The position numbers and the translations under genes were made by a program. A DNA stretch of 47,024 nucleotides from Oscillospiraceae bacterium. Lineage in GTDB: Bacteria > Bacillota > Clostridia > Oscillospirales > UBA929. This document shows, piece by piece, positions 1-7,526 of the stretch. The notes below the pieces were generated by a model. That model was not told the origin of the DNA, searched no databases, and was given only the letters and a program-made list of their open reading frames with translations. The first letter of the stretch is position 1. Every line of letters begins with the position of its first letter. The stretch covers positions 1 through 47,024 of the forward strand of contig JAIRTA010000091.1 in the NCBI GenBank assembly GCA_031255175.1, written 5' to 3'.

Positions 1-155
1 GGCACGGCGGCGAGCTTTTCGAGTACCGCCTCATCGGTCATCGGGTTGTACTGCACGGCAAAAGCGTCGAACGGATCCCCGCCGATCGCCAAGGCGGGCA
101 GCGAACATGTGGCGAGCAACGCCACACAAACAAGCAGTGAACAGAATCTTTTCAT
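1..155 (-). CDS. Secreted protein, N-terminal fragment (gene continues beyond the left edge)
   Basis: Not in the ORF track (only 51 codons lie in the window). Minus-strand ATG at 155-153 with RBS AAAGGAGAAGATT directly upstream (156-168). The translation MKRFCSLLVCVALLATCSLPALAIGGDPFDAFAVQYNPM... has a basic N-terminus, a hydrophobic core and an ALA-type cleavage site, i.e. a signal peptide. Confidence 0.55.
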   Translation of the reverse strand, partial: MKRFCSLLVCVALLATCSLPALAIGGDPFDAFAVQYNPMTDEAVLEKLAAV

Positions 156-432
156 AATCTTCTCCTTTCTATGGACGCCAGATGCGCTTCTGACGCCTGA
201 ACCAGTTGCGGAGTTTGGGCAAAAAGCGACGCGAGCGCTGCGGATCAAGGACTTCTCATGCGGGGGCACCTCCTCGTTTATGGCCCGGATACCGGACGCG
301 TTCCCGACACCGAAACCATTGGTTGATGGTTTACATGCCTATACACACTTCTCGTGCTTGCAACGTCATCTGCCAAGGAGGCCGCTTTTTCCGTCCGGCG
401 GCATAGGGCCCCCATTGCCGGAATTCAAAAGA

Positions 433-461
433 AGTATAGCATAGAATGTTGCGGATGTCAA
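433..461 (-). promoter_or_regulatory. Sigma-A-type promoter for the leader and secreted-protein gene
   Basis: Minus strand reads TTGACA (461-456), 17 nt, TATACT (438-433). This lies about 270 nt upstream of the ATG at 155. Confidence 0.6.
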
Positions 462-572
462 CGTTTTAGCTGGGTATTTCGACGAATATAATTGGGAAAT
501 TATCGAAAAACCGAAAATGAGAGCGCATTTTTCTATATAATTTGCTATGAGCCGCCAAGCGAACCCACGCAC

Positions 573-606
573 AAAAAAATCTCCGCCCCGATGAACCCGG
601 ACGGAG
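573..606 (-). terminator. Putative intrinsic terminator downstream of the TA operon
   Basis: Minus strand: imperfect hairpin CTCCGTCC-GGGTTCATC-GGGGCGGAG followed by ATTTTTTT (plus-strand A-run 573-579). Confidence 0.45.
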
Positions 607-741
607 GGGAGGCTGAGTGTGATTTTATGTATTGGAGTCCTGCGGACTCCGGCCCGAACGAACCCGGACGGAGGGGATGTCGATTGTGATTTTATGTATT
701 GGAGTCCTGCGGACTCCGGCCCGCACGAACCCGGGCGGGGG
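593..741. repeat. 67-bp tandem direct repeat, 2.2 copies
   Basis: Units at 593-659 and 660-726 differ mainly in a 7-nt patch (GGCTGAG vs TGTCGAT) and one A/C. A partial third unit covers 727-741. Each full unit carries the hairpin GGAGTCC-TGC-GGACTCC (634-650, 701-717) and the AT-rich core TGTGATTTTATGTATT. Confidence 0.9.
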
Positions 742-748
742 ACGAAGA

Positions 749-1141
749 TTATTTTGCGTGTTCTTCTAAAAACGCCGCCGCCGTCATAACAGACGGTTCG
801 TCCGGATAATGACGCCGGTTGCCGGTGACCAGAACCGCACCGCAGAATTTCGCGACTTCGTAGAATTTGCGATCGGTCTCGTCTGTAAAAGCAACCTCTG
901 TTTTGGGCGCGACGACGGACAACCCGCCGGTTTTGATTCCGCTCAGCAGATCACGTATGTCCGACGGCGCAAACCGAAACTTCGGGCGGCTCAGCACCGC
1001 CGTGTATTCCTCCATCATCCGGTGGTCATAGCACACCGCCAGCCGGCCCGTCAGAACCTCGCGGACGATACCGGCCGGCTTGCCGTCCGCGCTCCACAGG
1101 GCGGAGACCAAAATATTGGTGTCGAGCACAACCCGCGTCAT
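749..1141 (-). CDS. vapC: PIN-domain toxin (VapC-like) of a type II toxin-antitoxin pair
   Basis: 130 aa starting MTRVVLDTNILVSAL... (acidic DTN start typical of PIN domains), with later conserved acidic positions (FTDETD, VTGN). Small size. 4-nt ATGA overlap with the upstream antitoxin gene. Confidence 0.8.
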   Translation of the reverse strand: MTRVVLDTNILVSALWSADGKPAGIVREVLTGRLAVCYDHRMMEEYTAVLSRPKFRFAPSDIRDLLSGIKTGGLSVVAPKTEVAFTDETDRKFYEVAKFCGAVLVTGNRRHYPDEPSVMTAAAFLEEHAK

Positions 1142-1428
1142 TGGACATCTCCGCTTGTTTCGGCGCGATACGCCCGGATTTCGGCCTCGATCTCTTCTTC
1201 GGACAAATACCCTCGCCCGGCGGCCTCCTCGCGCATACGGTTGAAGGCCCGCATCGCCTTCGCCTGCCGGACGCTCGCCAATATCTCCTCAAAGTTGCTC
1301 TCGGTGATGTTCAGCAGCAACGCGGTGGGCCTGCCGTTGTTCGTCACGATGATCTCCTCATTGTTTACCAATTTATCCCAAATCTCCCGTGATGCACTGC
1401 GAAAGTCGCGGACTGTCACAAACTGCAT
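1138..1428 (-). CDS. Phd/YefM-family antitoxin
   Basis: 96 aa, MQFVTVRDFRSASREIWDKLVNNEEIIVTNNGRPTALLLN... matches the Phd/YefM N-terminal pattern. Start moved from the track's GTG (1437) to the ATG at 1428, which sits 10 nt after GGGAGG. The stop overlaps the toxin start. Confidence 0.75.
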   Translation of the reverse strand: MQFVTVRDFRSASREIWDKLVNNEEIIVTNNGRPTALLLNITESNFEEILASVRQAKAMRAFNRMREEAAGRGYLSEEEIEAEIRAYRAETSGDVQ

Positions 1429-1454
1429 ATCGCTCACGCCTCCCTTGCTCTCTC

Positions 1455-1483
1455 AGTATACACAATTGTCACACAATTGTCAA
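1455..1483 (-). promoter_or_regulatory. TA-operon promoter with embedded tandem palindromic operator
   Basis: Minus strand: TTGACA (1483-1478), 17 nt, TATACT (1460-1455). The -35/spacer is built from two tandem 11-bp units (plus strand CACAATTGTCA at 1461-1471 and 1472-1482). Each unit contains the 8-bp palindrome ACAATTGT. Confidence 0.7.
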
Positions 1484-1515
1484 CATTCGCCGCGCCCAGC
1501 GGCCATATGGAGACG

Positions 1516-1541
1516 AAAAAAAGCGGGAGCTCAACTCCCGC
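1516..1541 (-). terminator. Intrinsic terminator after spoVM
   Basis: GCGGGAG-CTCAA-CTCCCGC hairpin (1523-1541). On the minus strand it is followed by T7 (plus-strand A-run 1516-1522). Confidence 0.8.
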
Positions 1542-1611
1542 CGTGTGTAGGGGCACGCGTTTCCTTTTAGAATCAACCGCTTTAGAATCGACCGCTCGGC
1601 GCGGCGCCGCT

Positions 1612-1695
1612 CTAGGATTTCACGCCGCGAATGCCAAACAGCGCGCGCAAAACCCCTCTGAGCAGCTGGGGCGACTTGTAGACGACGATCTTCAT
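1612..1695 (-). CDS. spoVM: Stage V sporulation protein M (27-aa amphipathic peptide)
   Basis: Hidden at the C-terminus of the spurious 169-aa track ORF 1612..2121. ATG at 1695-1693 after RBS AAGGTGGTG. MKIVVYKSPQLLRGVLRALFGIRGVKS aligns with B. subtilis SpoVM MKFYTIKLPKFLGGIVRAMLGSFRKD (MK, K7, P9, L12, G14, R17-A18, G21). It sits next to thiN, as in B. subtilis. Confidence 0.75.
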   Translation of the reverse strand: MKIVVYKSPQLLRGVLRALFGIRGVKS

Positions 1696-1817
1696 AGGGG
1701 GCACCACCTTCGAAATTGACGGTGCGCCGCGGACCGCCGGGAGCGGCGCGTTCGCCGGCGCGGCGCGTCTGTTCTCATTATACGGTCCGGCCGGAGAAAA
1801 AGTGATTGCGGCGGGCG

Positions 1818-2462
1818 TTATGCGCGTTTTCGCACCGCCTGCACCACCAGCGCGCGGCCGCGGGCAATCGCGATCTCCACGGGCTCCCCCGTTCCCAGCG
1901 GTTCGTTGCTGAGCCCCAGCGTCTCCGTCCGCCTCAGTTCGGCGTCTGTGAGAGAAAAGCGCAGACCGCGCAGCGTCACGCCGGAGATACAGCCGTCCAG
2001 CGGGATGAGCGAGAGATACACAAAGGCGTCCGGGTTCGCAATTGTCATGACGCCGCCGGTGTGAAGCCGGATCTCGTGCCGCGCGTCCACAATCTGCGCG
2101 CGCGCGCCCTTCTCGGCGCAATACTCCAACAGGCCCAAATTTCCCAGGAAATGGTCCAAGCGGGGCCCGCCGCCGCAGCCCAGCATGAGAAACTCATCAC
2201 AGCCGTTTTGCAGGCCGTAGTCCAAACAGGCCTGCAGGTCTGTCTGGTCCTTCTCGCGGGGCAGACGAATGACCGATGTCCCCGGCGGCGGCCACCGCCC
2301 GCCGGAGTCCGCGTCCCCTATCAGCGCGTGAAACCGGAGACCGAGCGCGCGCGCGTGGCGCAGTCCGCCGTCTGCGCACAGCACCATGTCGTCCGGCCGC
2401 AGGTAGCCCGACACATAGTCCGACTTACCAAGCGGCGCCGCTCCCAACACCAAACCCCGCAT
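1818..2462 (-). CDS. thiN: Thiamine diphosphokinase
   Basis: 214 aa with the LIGDADS and EKDQTD motifs of the TPK catalytic domain plus a C-terminal thiamine-binding-like domain. Syntenic with B. subtilis yloS. Confidence 0.8.
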   Translation of the reverse strand: MRGLVLGAAPLGKSDYVSGYLRPDDMVLCADGGLRHARALGLRFHALIGDADSGGRWPPPGTSVIRLPREKDQTDLQACLDYGLQNGCDEFLMLGCGGGPRLDHFLGNLGLLEYCAEKGARAQIVDARHEIRLHTGGVMTIANPDAFVYLSLIPLDGCISGVTLRGLRFSLTDAELRRTETLGLSNEPLGTGEPVEIAIARGRALVVQAVRKRA

Positions 2463-2505
2463 TCACCGTGCCCCTCTCTATCTCTGTCGAACGTCGCTCC
2501 GCCTC

Positions 2506-3375
2506 TCAAAACCGCTTTCGCTCCGACGCGGCGCGGTGGAGCCGCGCATAACTCGCGTGCCGGGAGGGCCGGATCACCCCGCGCGCCAGCGCCTCCAGCA
2601 CAGCGCAGCCGGCCACGCCGATATGGTGACAGCCCGTAAACCGGCAGGCGCCCTCAAACGGCCGGAATTCCGGGAACAAATCCCGCAGCCGGACCGGGTC
2701 CAGGTCCTCGTCGTCAAACGTAGAAAACCCCGGCGTGTCGGCCGCCCAGGCGCCGCCCTGCATGGGCAGAAGTTCCGTATGGCGCGTGGTGTGCCGCCCG
2801 CGGCCGCCCCGGTGGCTGACATCGCCCACCCGAAGCGCGAGTTCCGGCCGGAGCCGGTTGAGCAGGCTCGACTTTCCCACGCCGGAGTTCCCTGTAAAGG
2901 CAACTACCTTTCCGGCAATGAGCCGCGCCAACTCATCGACGCCCTCACCCGTCCCGGCACTCAAAAGCACGGTTGGGTAGCCAACCGCGCGGTACACCTC
3001 CGCCAATTCACCCGCCGGCTTGATGTCGATCTTGTTGAAGCAGATGAGCGCCCCAATCTCCCTGGACTCCGCCAGCGCCGTCATGCGGTCGATCAAAAAC
3101 GGGTCCGTCTCGGGCACGGCCTTGGCGCCGACGATGACAAGCGTCTCGATGTTGGCCACGGGCGGGCGGGCAAACGCGTTTTGCCTGGGCAAAATCTCGT
3201 CGATGAGACCGGAACCGTCCGGCAGCACCCGCAGCCGCACGCGGTCGCCGGGCAGAGGCCGGAGACGCTCCAGCCGCAGCCGGCCGCGCAGCTTGCAGAC
3301 AACGGTCGTCCCGTTGTCCCAGACGGTGTAAAAGCCGCCGACGCCCTTGAGAATCAACCCCTCACGTTCCGCCAT
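2506..3375 (-). CDS. rsgA: Ribosome small-subunit-dependent GTPase A
   Basis: 289 aa with circularly permuted GTPase motifs NKIDI ... GNSGVGKSSLLNRL ... and a C-terminal zinc cluster CRFTGCHH. Confidence 0.9.
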   Translation of the reverse strand: MAEREGLILKGVGGFYTVWDNGTTVVCKLRGRLRLERLRPLPGDRVRLRVLPDGSGLIDEILPRQNAFARPPVANIETLVIVGAKAVPETDPFLIDRMTALAESREIGALICFNKIDIKPAGELAEVYRAVGYPTVLLSAGTGEGVDELARLIAGKVVAFTGNSGVGKSSLLNRLRPELALRVGDVSHRGGRGRHTTRHTELLPMQGGAWAADTPGFSTFDDEDLDPVRLRDLFPEFRPFEGACRFTGCHHIGVAGCAVLEALARGVIRPSRHASYARLHRAASERKRF

Positions 3376-3379
3376 CGGG

Positions 3380-5452
3380 TCAGGGCAGGTCGCTCATGCG
3401 GTACTCCTCGTACTGCACGCTGTCGATATAAACCCGCACGCTGTCGTCCACGTAGCCGGACACTGCGCAGGTGTAGTATATGTCGAGTGTGCTGACCTGC
3501 TCGTTTCTGACGATGTTGTTTCCGACGTACACCGTCACCTGCACCTGCTCGGGTGAGGACGGCAGCGCCACGCGCAGTGTCCGGGTCAGCAGCAAATCGT
3601 CCGGTATTGAGGGCGACGTGCTGACGGGCCCGTCCGGGCCGTCCGGCGGCGGCGGATCGTCCGACGGCGGCGGAGATTCGACCGGCCCCCGGCTGACATC
3701 CACATCGATCACGGTCCTCTTCTCGACCTCCGTGTATTTTTCGACGCTCTGCCCGACGATCGTACCCACGGGCTTGTCGTTGTCAACATTGCGTTTGACG
3801 CCCACGACAAGATCTATCTGTTCCAGCACGCGCGCCAGATCGTCCACCATAGTGTCGGTCAAGTCGGGCACGCGCACCATCTGCATCTCAGGCCCCTTGC
3901 TGACGATGAGGCGGATGACGTCGCCCTCGTGTACGTCGTCGCCGTTTTTCGGCTCGGTGCTGATCACCATGCCCTCCACCAGATCGGAATTGACATATTC
4001 CGGTTCGCCGAATTTCAACTTGAGCCGGGCGAGCTCCCGCTGGGCGTCCCGGTAATTCATATTGCTGTAGTCGAGGAGCTGGAACGTGTAGCGCCCCAGA
4101 CTGAGCGTCACCGTAACGGTCTCACCCTTCTTGTGCATCTCGCCCTCCCGCGGGTCCTGCTCCAGGATGACGCCCTCCTCGGCCTCGTCGGAGTACTCCC
4201 CTTCCTCGCTGCGAACAATGGTAAAATTTTCCTCATATCGCGGGTTGTTCCTGACTTCTCTCTCGTAGTGCAGCCCGACCAAGCCCGGCACCTGCACGTC
4301 TTCCGCCGGCTTGTCATTGCCCGCGAGCAGTTGGAGGATCAAAAATCCGAGGCCCGCCACAAAGACAAACACCGCCAGCACACCGGTGAGCACGGTGATC
4401 TTACTGTTGCGGCGGCGAACCCGGTAGTCCTCCTCTTCCAGTTCCTCCTCCGAGCGCGGCGCCGTGCGCCCGCGCCCCTTCGACGGCGCGCGGCGGCGGT
4501 CGGACGGCGCCGGACGTTCGACGGCGTTGAGCGCCTCCCGGGTCTGCCCCAGCGGTCGGGTCGGCTCCTCCACCGCCGCGTTCTCCTGCGGGTGGAACCC
4601 GCTCAGGTCGTAGTCAAAGCTGATGCTCGGATTTTTTCTAAATTCTTCCAAATCGTGCAGCATGGCCTCGGCCGACGTGTAGCGGTGCGTCAGGCTGGCC
4701 GACATGGCCTTCATCGTGATGATCTCCAGCGCCTCCGGCACCTCGGCGTTGATCTCACGGGGTGAGAGCGGCATGGAGTTGATGTGCTGGATGGCCACCG
4801 ACACGGGCGAATCGCCCTCGTACGGGAGCCGCCCTGTCAGCATCTCGTACATCACAACGCCCACGGAGTAGAGGTCGGAGCGGGCGTCTATGTGGCTCCC
4901 GCGCGCCTGCTCGGGCGAGATGTAGTGCACGGACCCAAGCGCCTCCTGCGTCAATGTGTTCTGCACGGACACAAGCCGGGCAATGCCGAAGTCGGCCACT
5001 TTGACGCTGCCGTCGCGCAAAATCATGATGTTGTGGGGCTTGATGTCCCGGTGAATGATGCCGCGCCCGTGGGCGTGGCTGAGCGCTTTGACAATCTGCG
5101 TGGTAAAATGCAGCGCCTCCCGCCAGTTCAGCACGCCCTTGCGCTGCATATACTGCTTGAGCGTGATACCGTCGATCAGCTCCATGACGATGTATTCCGT
5201 GTCTATAGAACGGCTGACGTCGTACACCGCGACGATATTGGGGTGCGACAGCATTGCCACGGCCTGGCTTTCCGCGTGGAATCGGCGGCGGAAATCGGCG
5301 TCTCTGGCGTAGTCCTCCCGCAGAATCTTCACGGCCACAAAGCGGTTGAGCCTATGGCAGCGCGCCTTGTAGACCACAGCCATGCCGCCGCTCCCGATGA
5401 CCTCCAATATTTCATACCGGTTGTCCAGCATTTTGCCGATATACTTTTCCAC
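3380..5452 (-). CDS. prkC: Ser/Thr protein kinase with extracellular PASTA repeats
   Basis: Hanks kinase motifs GSGGMAVVYKA, VAVKIL, HRDIKPHN, DFG, SPEQ. One TM segment (ITVLTGVLAVFVFVAGLGFLILQLL) followed by three PASTA-like repeats. Start set to the GTG at 5452, 9 nt after AGAGGAGG (the track used TTG at 5476). Confidence 0.9.
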   Translation of the reverse strand: MEKYIGKMLDNRYEILEVIGSGGMAVVYKARCHRLNRFVAVKILREDYARDADFRRRFHAESQAVAMLSHPNIVAVYDVSRSIDTEYIVMELIDGITLKQYMQRKGVLNWREALHFTTQIVKALSHAHGRGIIHRDIKPHNIMILRDGSVKVADFGIARLVSVQNTLTQEALGSVHYISPEQARGSHIDARSDLYSVGVVMYEMLTGRLPYEGDSPVSVAIQHINSMPLSPREINAEVPEALEIITMKAMSASLTHRYTSAEAMLHDLEEFRKNPSISFDYDLSGFHPQENAAVEEPTRPLGQTREALNAVERPAPSDRRRAPSKGRGRTAPRSEEELEEEDYRVRRRNSKITVLTGVLAVFVFVAGLGFLILQLLAGNDKPAEDVQVPGLVGLHYEREVRNNPRYEENFTIVRSEEGEYSDEAEEGVILEQDPREGEMHKKGETVTVTLSLGRYTFQLLDYSNMNYRDAQRELARLKLKFGEPEYVNSDLVEGMVISTEPKNGDDVHEGDVIRLIVSKGPEMQMVRVPDLTDTMVDDLARVLEQIDLVVGVKRNVDNDKPVGTIVGQSVEKYTEVEKRTVIDVDVSRGPVESPPPSDDPPPPDGPDGPVSTSPSIPDDLLLTRTLRVALPSSPEQVQVTVYVGNNIVRNEQVSTLDIYYTCAVSGYVDDSVRVYIDSVQYEEYRMSDLP

Positions 5453-5535
5453 TGAACTGAACCTCCTCTTTGCCAAATGGACGTGCGAACCGCGGCGCCG
5501 AAAGGCCGGCCGCCCGGATACGCCCGGAAAGATTT

Positions 5536-6270
5536 TTACACCTGCGCGACCACAACCGTCACGTTGTCGGGGCCGCCCCGGTCGTTCACCAGTTCGACCA
5601 ACCGGCGGCAGCGCTGAGGAAGTTCCCCCTCCCGCAGCACCTCGGCCAGGATCTCCCTGTCCTCCACCACGTTTGTGAGCCCGTCCGAACAGAGCAGCAG
5701 ATGCTCGCCCGGCGTCAGATCGAAGGTGTACAGATCGCAGTCTACGCGGGGCTCCGTGCCCAGCGCGCGGGTGATCAGATTCTTGCTGGGGTGAGAACGC
5801 GCCTGCTCGAAGGTGAGATCGCCCTTGTCGATCAGCGCCTCCACCAGCGAATGGTCGCGCGTCACGCGCGTCACGCCGTGTGCGCCGACGCGGTACGCGC
5901 GGCTGTCGCCGATGTTGACCACGGCCGCCTGCCGGCCGGAAAGGATGGCGCCGACCAACGTCGTGCCCATCCCCGTGTAGGCCTCGTTGGACTGCGCGCG
6001 CGCGAAGACGCGCGCGTTGGCCTCTTCGACGGCCCGTGTCAGCGTCTGTTCCATCTCCTGCTTATCCGGCGACGCGCGAAGGTCCCGGCGAACTTCCTCC
6101 ACAAAGACCTCCAGCGCGAGCTCAGAGGCCACGTTGCCGGCGCGCGCGCCTCCCATCCCGTCGCAGACCGCAAGGACGGCCTGCGACGACTCATGCGACA
6201 CATGCAGGAAAAATGCGTCCTGGTTTTGGGTACGCACCTTGCCCCGGTCGGTGATGCCCCATGCGTTCAT
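5536..6270 (-). CDS. prpC: PP2C-family Ser/Thr phosphatase
   Basis: MNAWGITDRGKVRTQNQDAF..., VCDGMGG, LLCSDGL and GGPDNVTVVV are PP2C signatures. The track N-terminus (TTG at 6369) runs into an AT-rich repeat array without an RBS. The ATG at 6270 gives a canonical PrpC/Stp N-terminus. Confidence 0.85.
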   Translation of the reverse strand: MNAWGITDRGKVRTQNQDAFFLHVSHESSQAVLAVCDGMGGARAGNVASELALEVFVEEVRRDLRASPDKQEMEQTLTRAVEEANARVFARAQSNEAYTGMGTTLVGAILSGRQAAVVNIGDSRAYRVGAHGVTRVTRDHSLVEALIDKGDLTFEQARSHPSKNLITRALGTEPRVDCDLYTFDLTPGEHLLLCSDGLTNVVEDREILAEVLREGELPQRCRRLVELVNDRGGPDNVTVVVAQV

Positions 6271-6362
6271 CTGTTCCACCCACTTCTTGGCCCGTGGCGG
6301 CACCCCCCGGCGGAGCCGCTGCCCGGACTTTTCTGCAAACCGAAGTTTCCGTCCTTTGGACA

Positions 6363-6416
6363 TTGACAATTGATAATTGAATTGATAATTGGCAATTGAC
6401 AGTTGACAATTAACAG
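6363..6416. repeat. Tandem heptamer array (TTGAYAA-like, 8 units)
   Basis: Read directly: TTGACAA TTGATAA TTGAA TTGATAA TTGGCAA TTGACAG TTGACAA TTAACAG. Located in the rlmN-prpC intergenic region. Confidence 0.9.
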
Positions 6417-6485
6417 ACTGTTGGCCGCTTCCTCTCTTTCGTTGCGCGGGGAGAGAGGGAGCAACATGACTTATTGTACGACATT

Positions 6486-7502
6486 TTACTCGATTTGTCT
6501 ACGCAATTGTCCGCAGGCGGCGTCAATCTCCTGCCCCAGGCGTCTGCGGCACGTCACACTCGGCCCGTGCGAGGCCACGGCGGCGGCAAAACAACGGACT
6601 TGATCCGGCCGGCTCGGCCGAAATTCGCCCCGCCCCGCCGGATTGTACGGGATCAGATTCACGTGGGCCGGCGTGCCCGCCAGCAGGCGGCCCAACAAAT
6701 GCGCCCGGTCCTCCGTGTCGTTCACATCCCGCAGGAGGATGTATTCGTAAGATACGCGCCGCCCCGTGGCCTTGAAGTAACGCCGGCAGGCGTCCAGCAG
6801 CACGGATACCCCCGGGTTGCCCGGCATGAGCCGGGTGCGCGTCCCGTCGTCGGGCGCGTGCAGCGACACGGACAGCGTGAGCGGCAGGGCCGCGGCCGCC
6901 AGCCGGTCAATGCCGTCGATCAGGCCGCAGGTTGACAGCGATACGCGGCGCGGGCTCATGCGCAGCCCGTCCGGGTGCGCCAGCAGGCGCACGAAGCGCT
7001 CGACCTCGTCCAGATTGTCCAGCGGCTCCCCGATCCCCATGAGCACCACGCCGGAGACGGGTACGCCGACCTCCCGGGCGGTGCCCGTGACCTGCGCCAG
7101 CATCTCCCCGGCCGTCAGATTCCTGATGAGCCCCCCCACCGTGGAGGCGCAGAAGGCGCAGCCCTGCCGGCAGCCCGCCTGCGTAGAAAGGCACACCGTG
7201 TTGCCGTGCCGGTAGCGCATGAGCACGCTCTCCACGCCCTGCCCGTCCGACAGCCGCCAAAGGATCTTGGCGGTGCCGTCGCGGGCCGTCTGACACCGCG
7301 CGGCCGTCGGCGCGGTCAGGTGCCCGAGCTCCGCCAGCCGCGCCCGGAAAGACAGCGGCAGATCCGTCATCTCATCAAAGGCGCGCGCGCCTTTTTGCAG
7401 CCACCGGAACGCCTGCCCCACGCGGTACGCCGGCACCTCCGGCAACAGGGCCCGCAGTTCTTCCGGCGTGCGGGAGACAAGCTCCGCCGGTCCTCCCGTC
7501 AT
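6486..7502 (-). CDS. rlmN: 23S rRNA/tRNA adenine-C2 methyltransferase (radical SAM)
   Basis: 338 aa with the radical SAM cluster GCRQGCAFCAS, GIGEPL, and a C-terminal conserved Cys region. Syntenic with yloN. Confidence 0.9.
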   Translation of the reverse strand: MTGGPAELVSRTPEELRALLPEVPAYRVGQAFRWLQKGARAFDEMTDLPLSFRARLAELGHLTAPTAARCQTARDGTAKILWRLSDGQGVESVLMRYRHGNTVCLSTQAGCRQGCAFCASTVGGLIRNLTAGEMLAQVTGTAREVGVPVSGVVLMGIGEPLDNLDEVERFVRLLAHPDGLRMSPRRVSLSTCGLIDGIDRLAAAALPLTLSVSLHAPDDGTRTRLMPGNPGVSVLLDACRRYFKATGRRVSYEYILLRDVNDTEDRAHLLGRLLAGTPAHVNLIPYNPAGRGEFRPSRPDQVRCFAAAVASHGPSVTCRRRLGQEIDAACGQLRRQIE

Positions 7503-7526
7503 ACGGTCTCACCCCCGCCCAGGCTA

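Noticed and set aside
156-432. Assigning the long leader to a specific riboswitch class (cobalamin or TPP).
   Set aside because: Only short fragments resemble the consensus cores. The B12 box and the full TPP P4/P5 region cannot be found by eye. It is kept only as an unassigned structured leader.
46-572. Track ORFs 46..444 (+), 206..406 (+) and 366..572 (-) in the left-end non-coding region.
   Set aside because: They have no RBS and no recognisable motifs. They overlap the signal-peptide gene start, its leader and its promoter on the opposite strand.
593-741. Possible CRISPR array, considered for the 67-bp repeats and also for the heptamer, 12-mer and 8-mer arrays.
   Set aside because: The units are directly adjacent with no unique spacers. 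Their lengths and periodicity are wrong for CRISPR. No cas genes are present in the window.
5536-6369. Longest-ORF starts given by the track for prpC, def (11484), priA (13910), rpoZ (13993), remA (14948), the J-protein (17594), the DUF5685-like gene (18481), the HemZ-like gene (22762), recJ (27964), lgt (33479), UDG (35699), the P-loop ATPase (36397) and the SLH protein (43632).
   Set aside because: The extensions lack an RBS, are compositionally aberrant, and overlap the upstream gene or cross terminators or repeats. Internal starts with Shine-Dalgarno sequences give canonical family N-termini.
6363-6416. Reading the heptamer arrays as Fur/PerR boxes (TGATAAT), Spo0A boxes (TGTCGAA) or DnaA boxes.
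   Set aside because: The units are direct rather than inverted repeats. TGTCAAT lacks the CG core of the 0A box. No 9-mer TTATCCACA is present. I cannot defend any known regulator motif.
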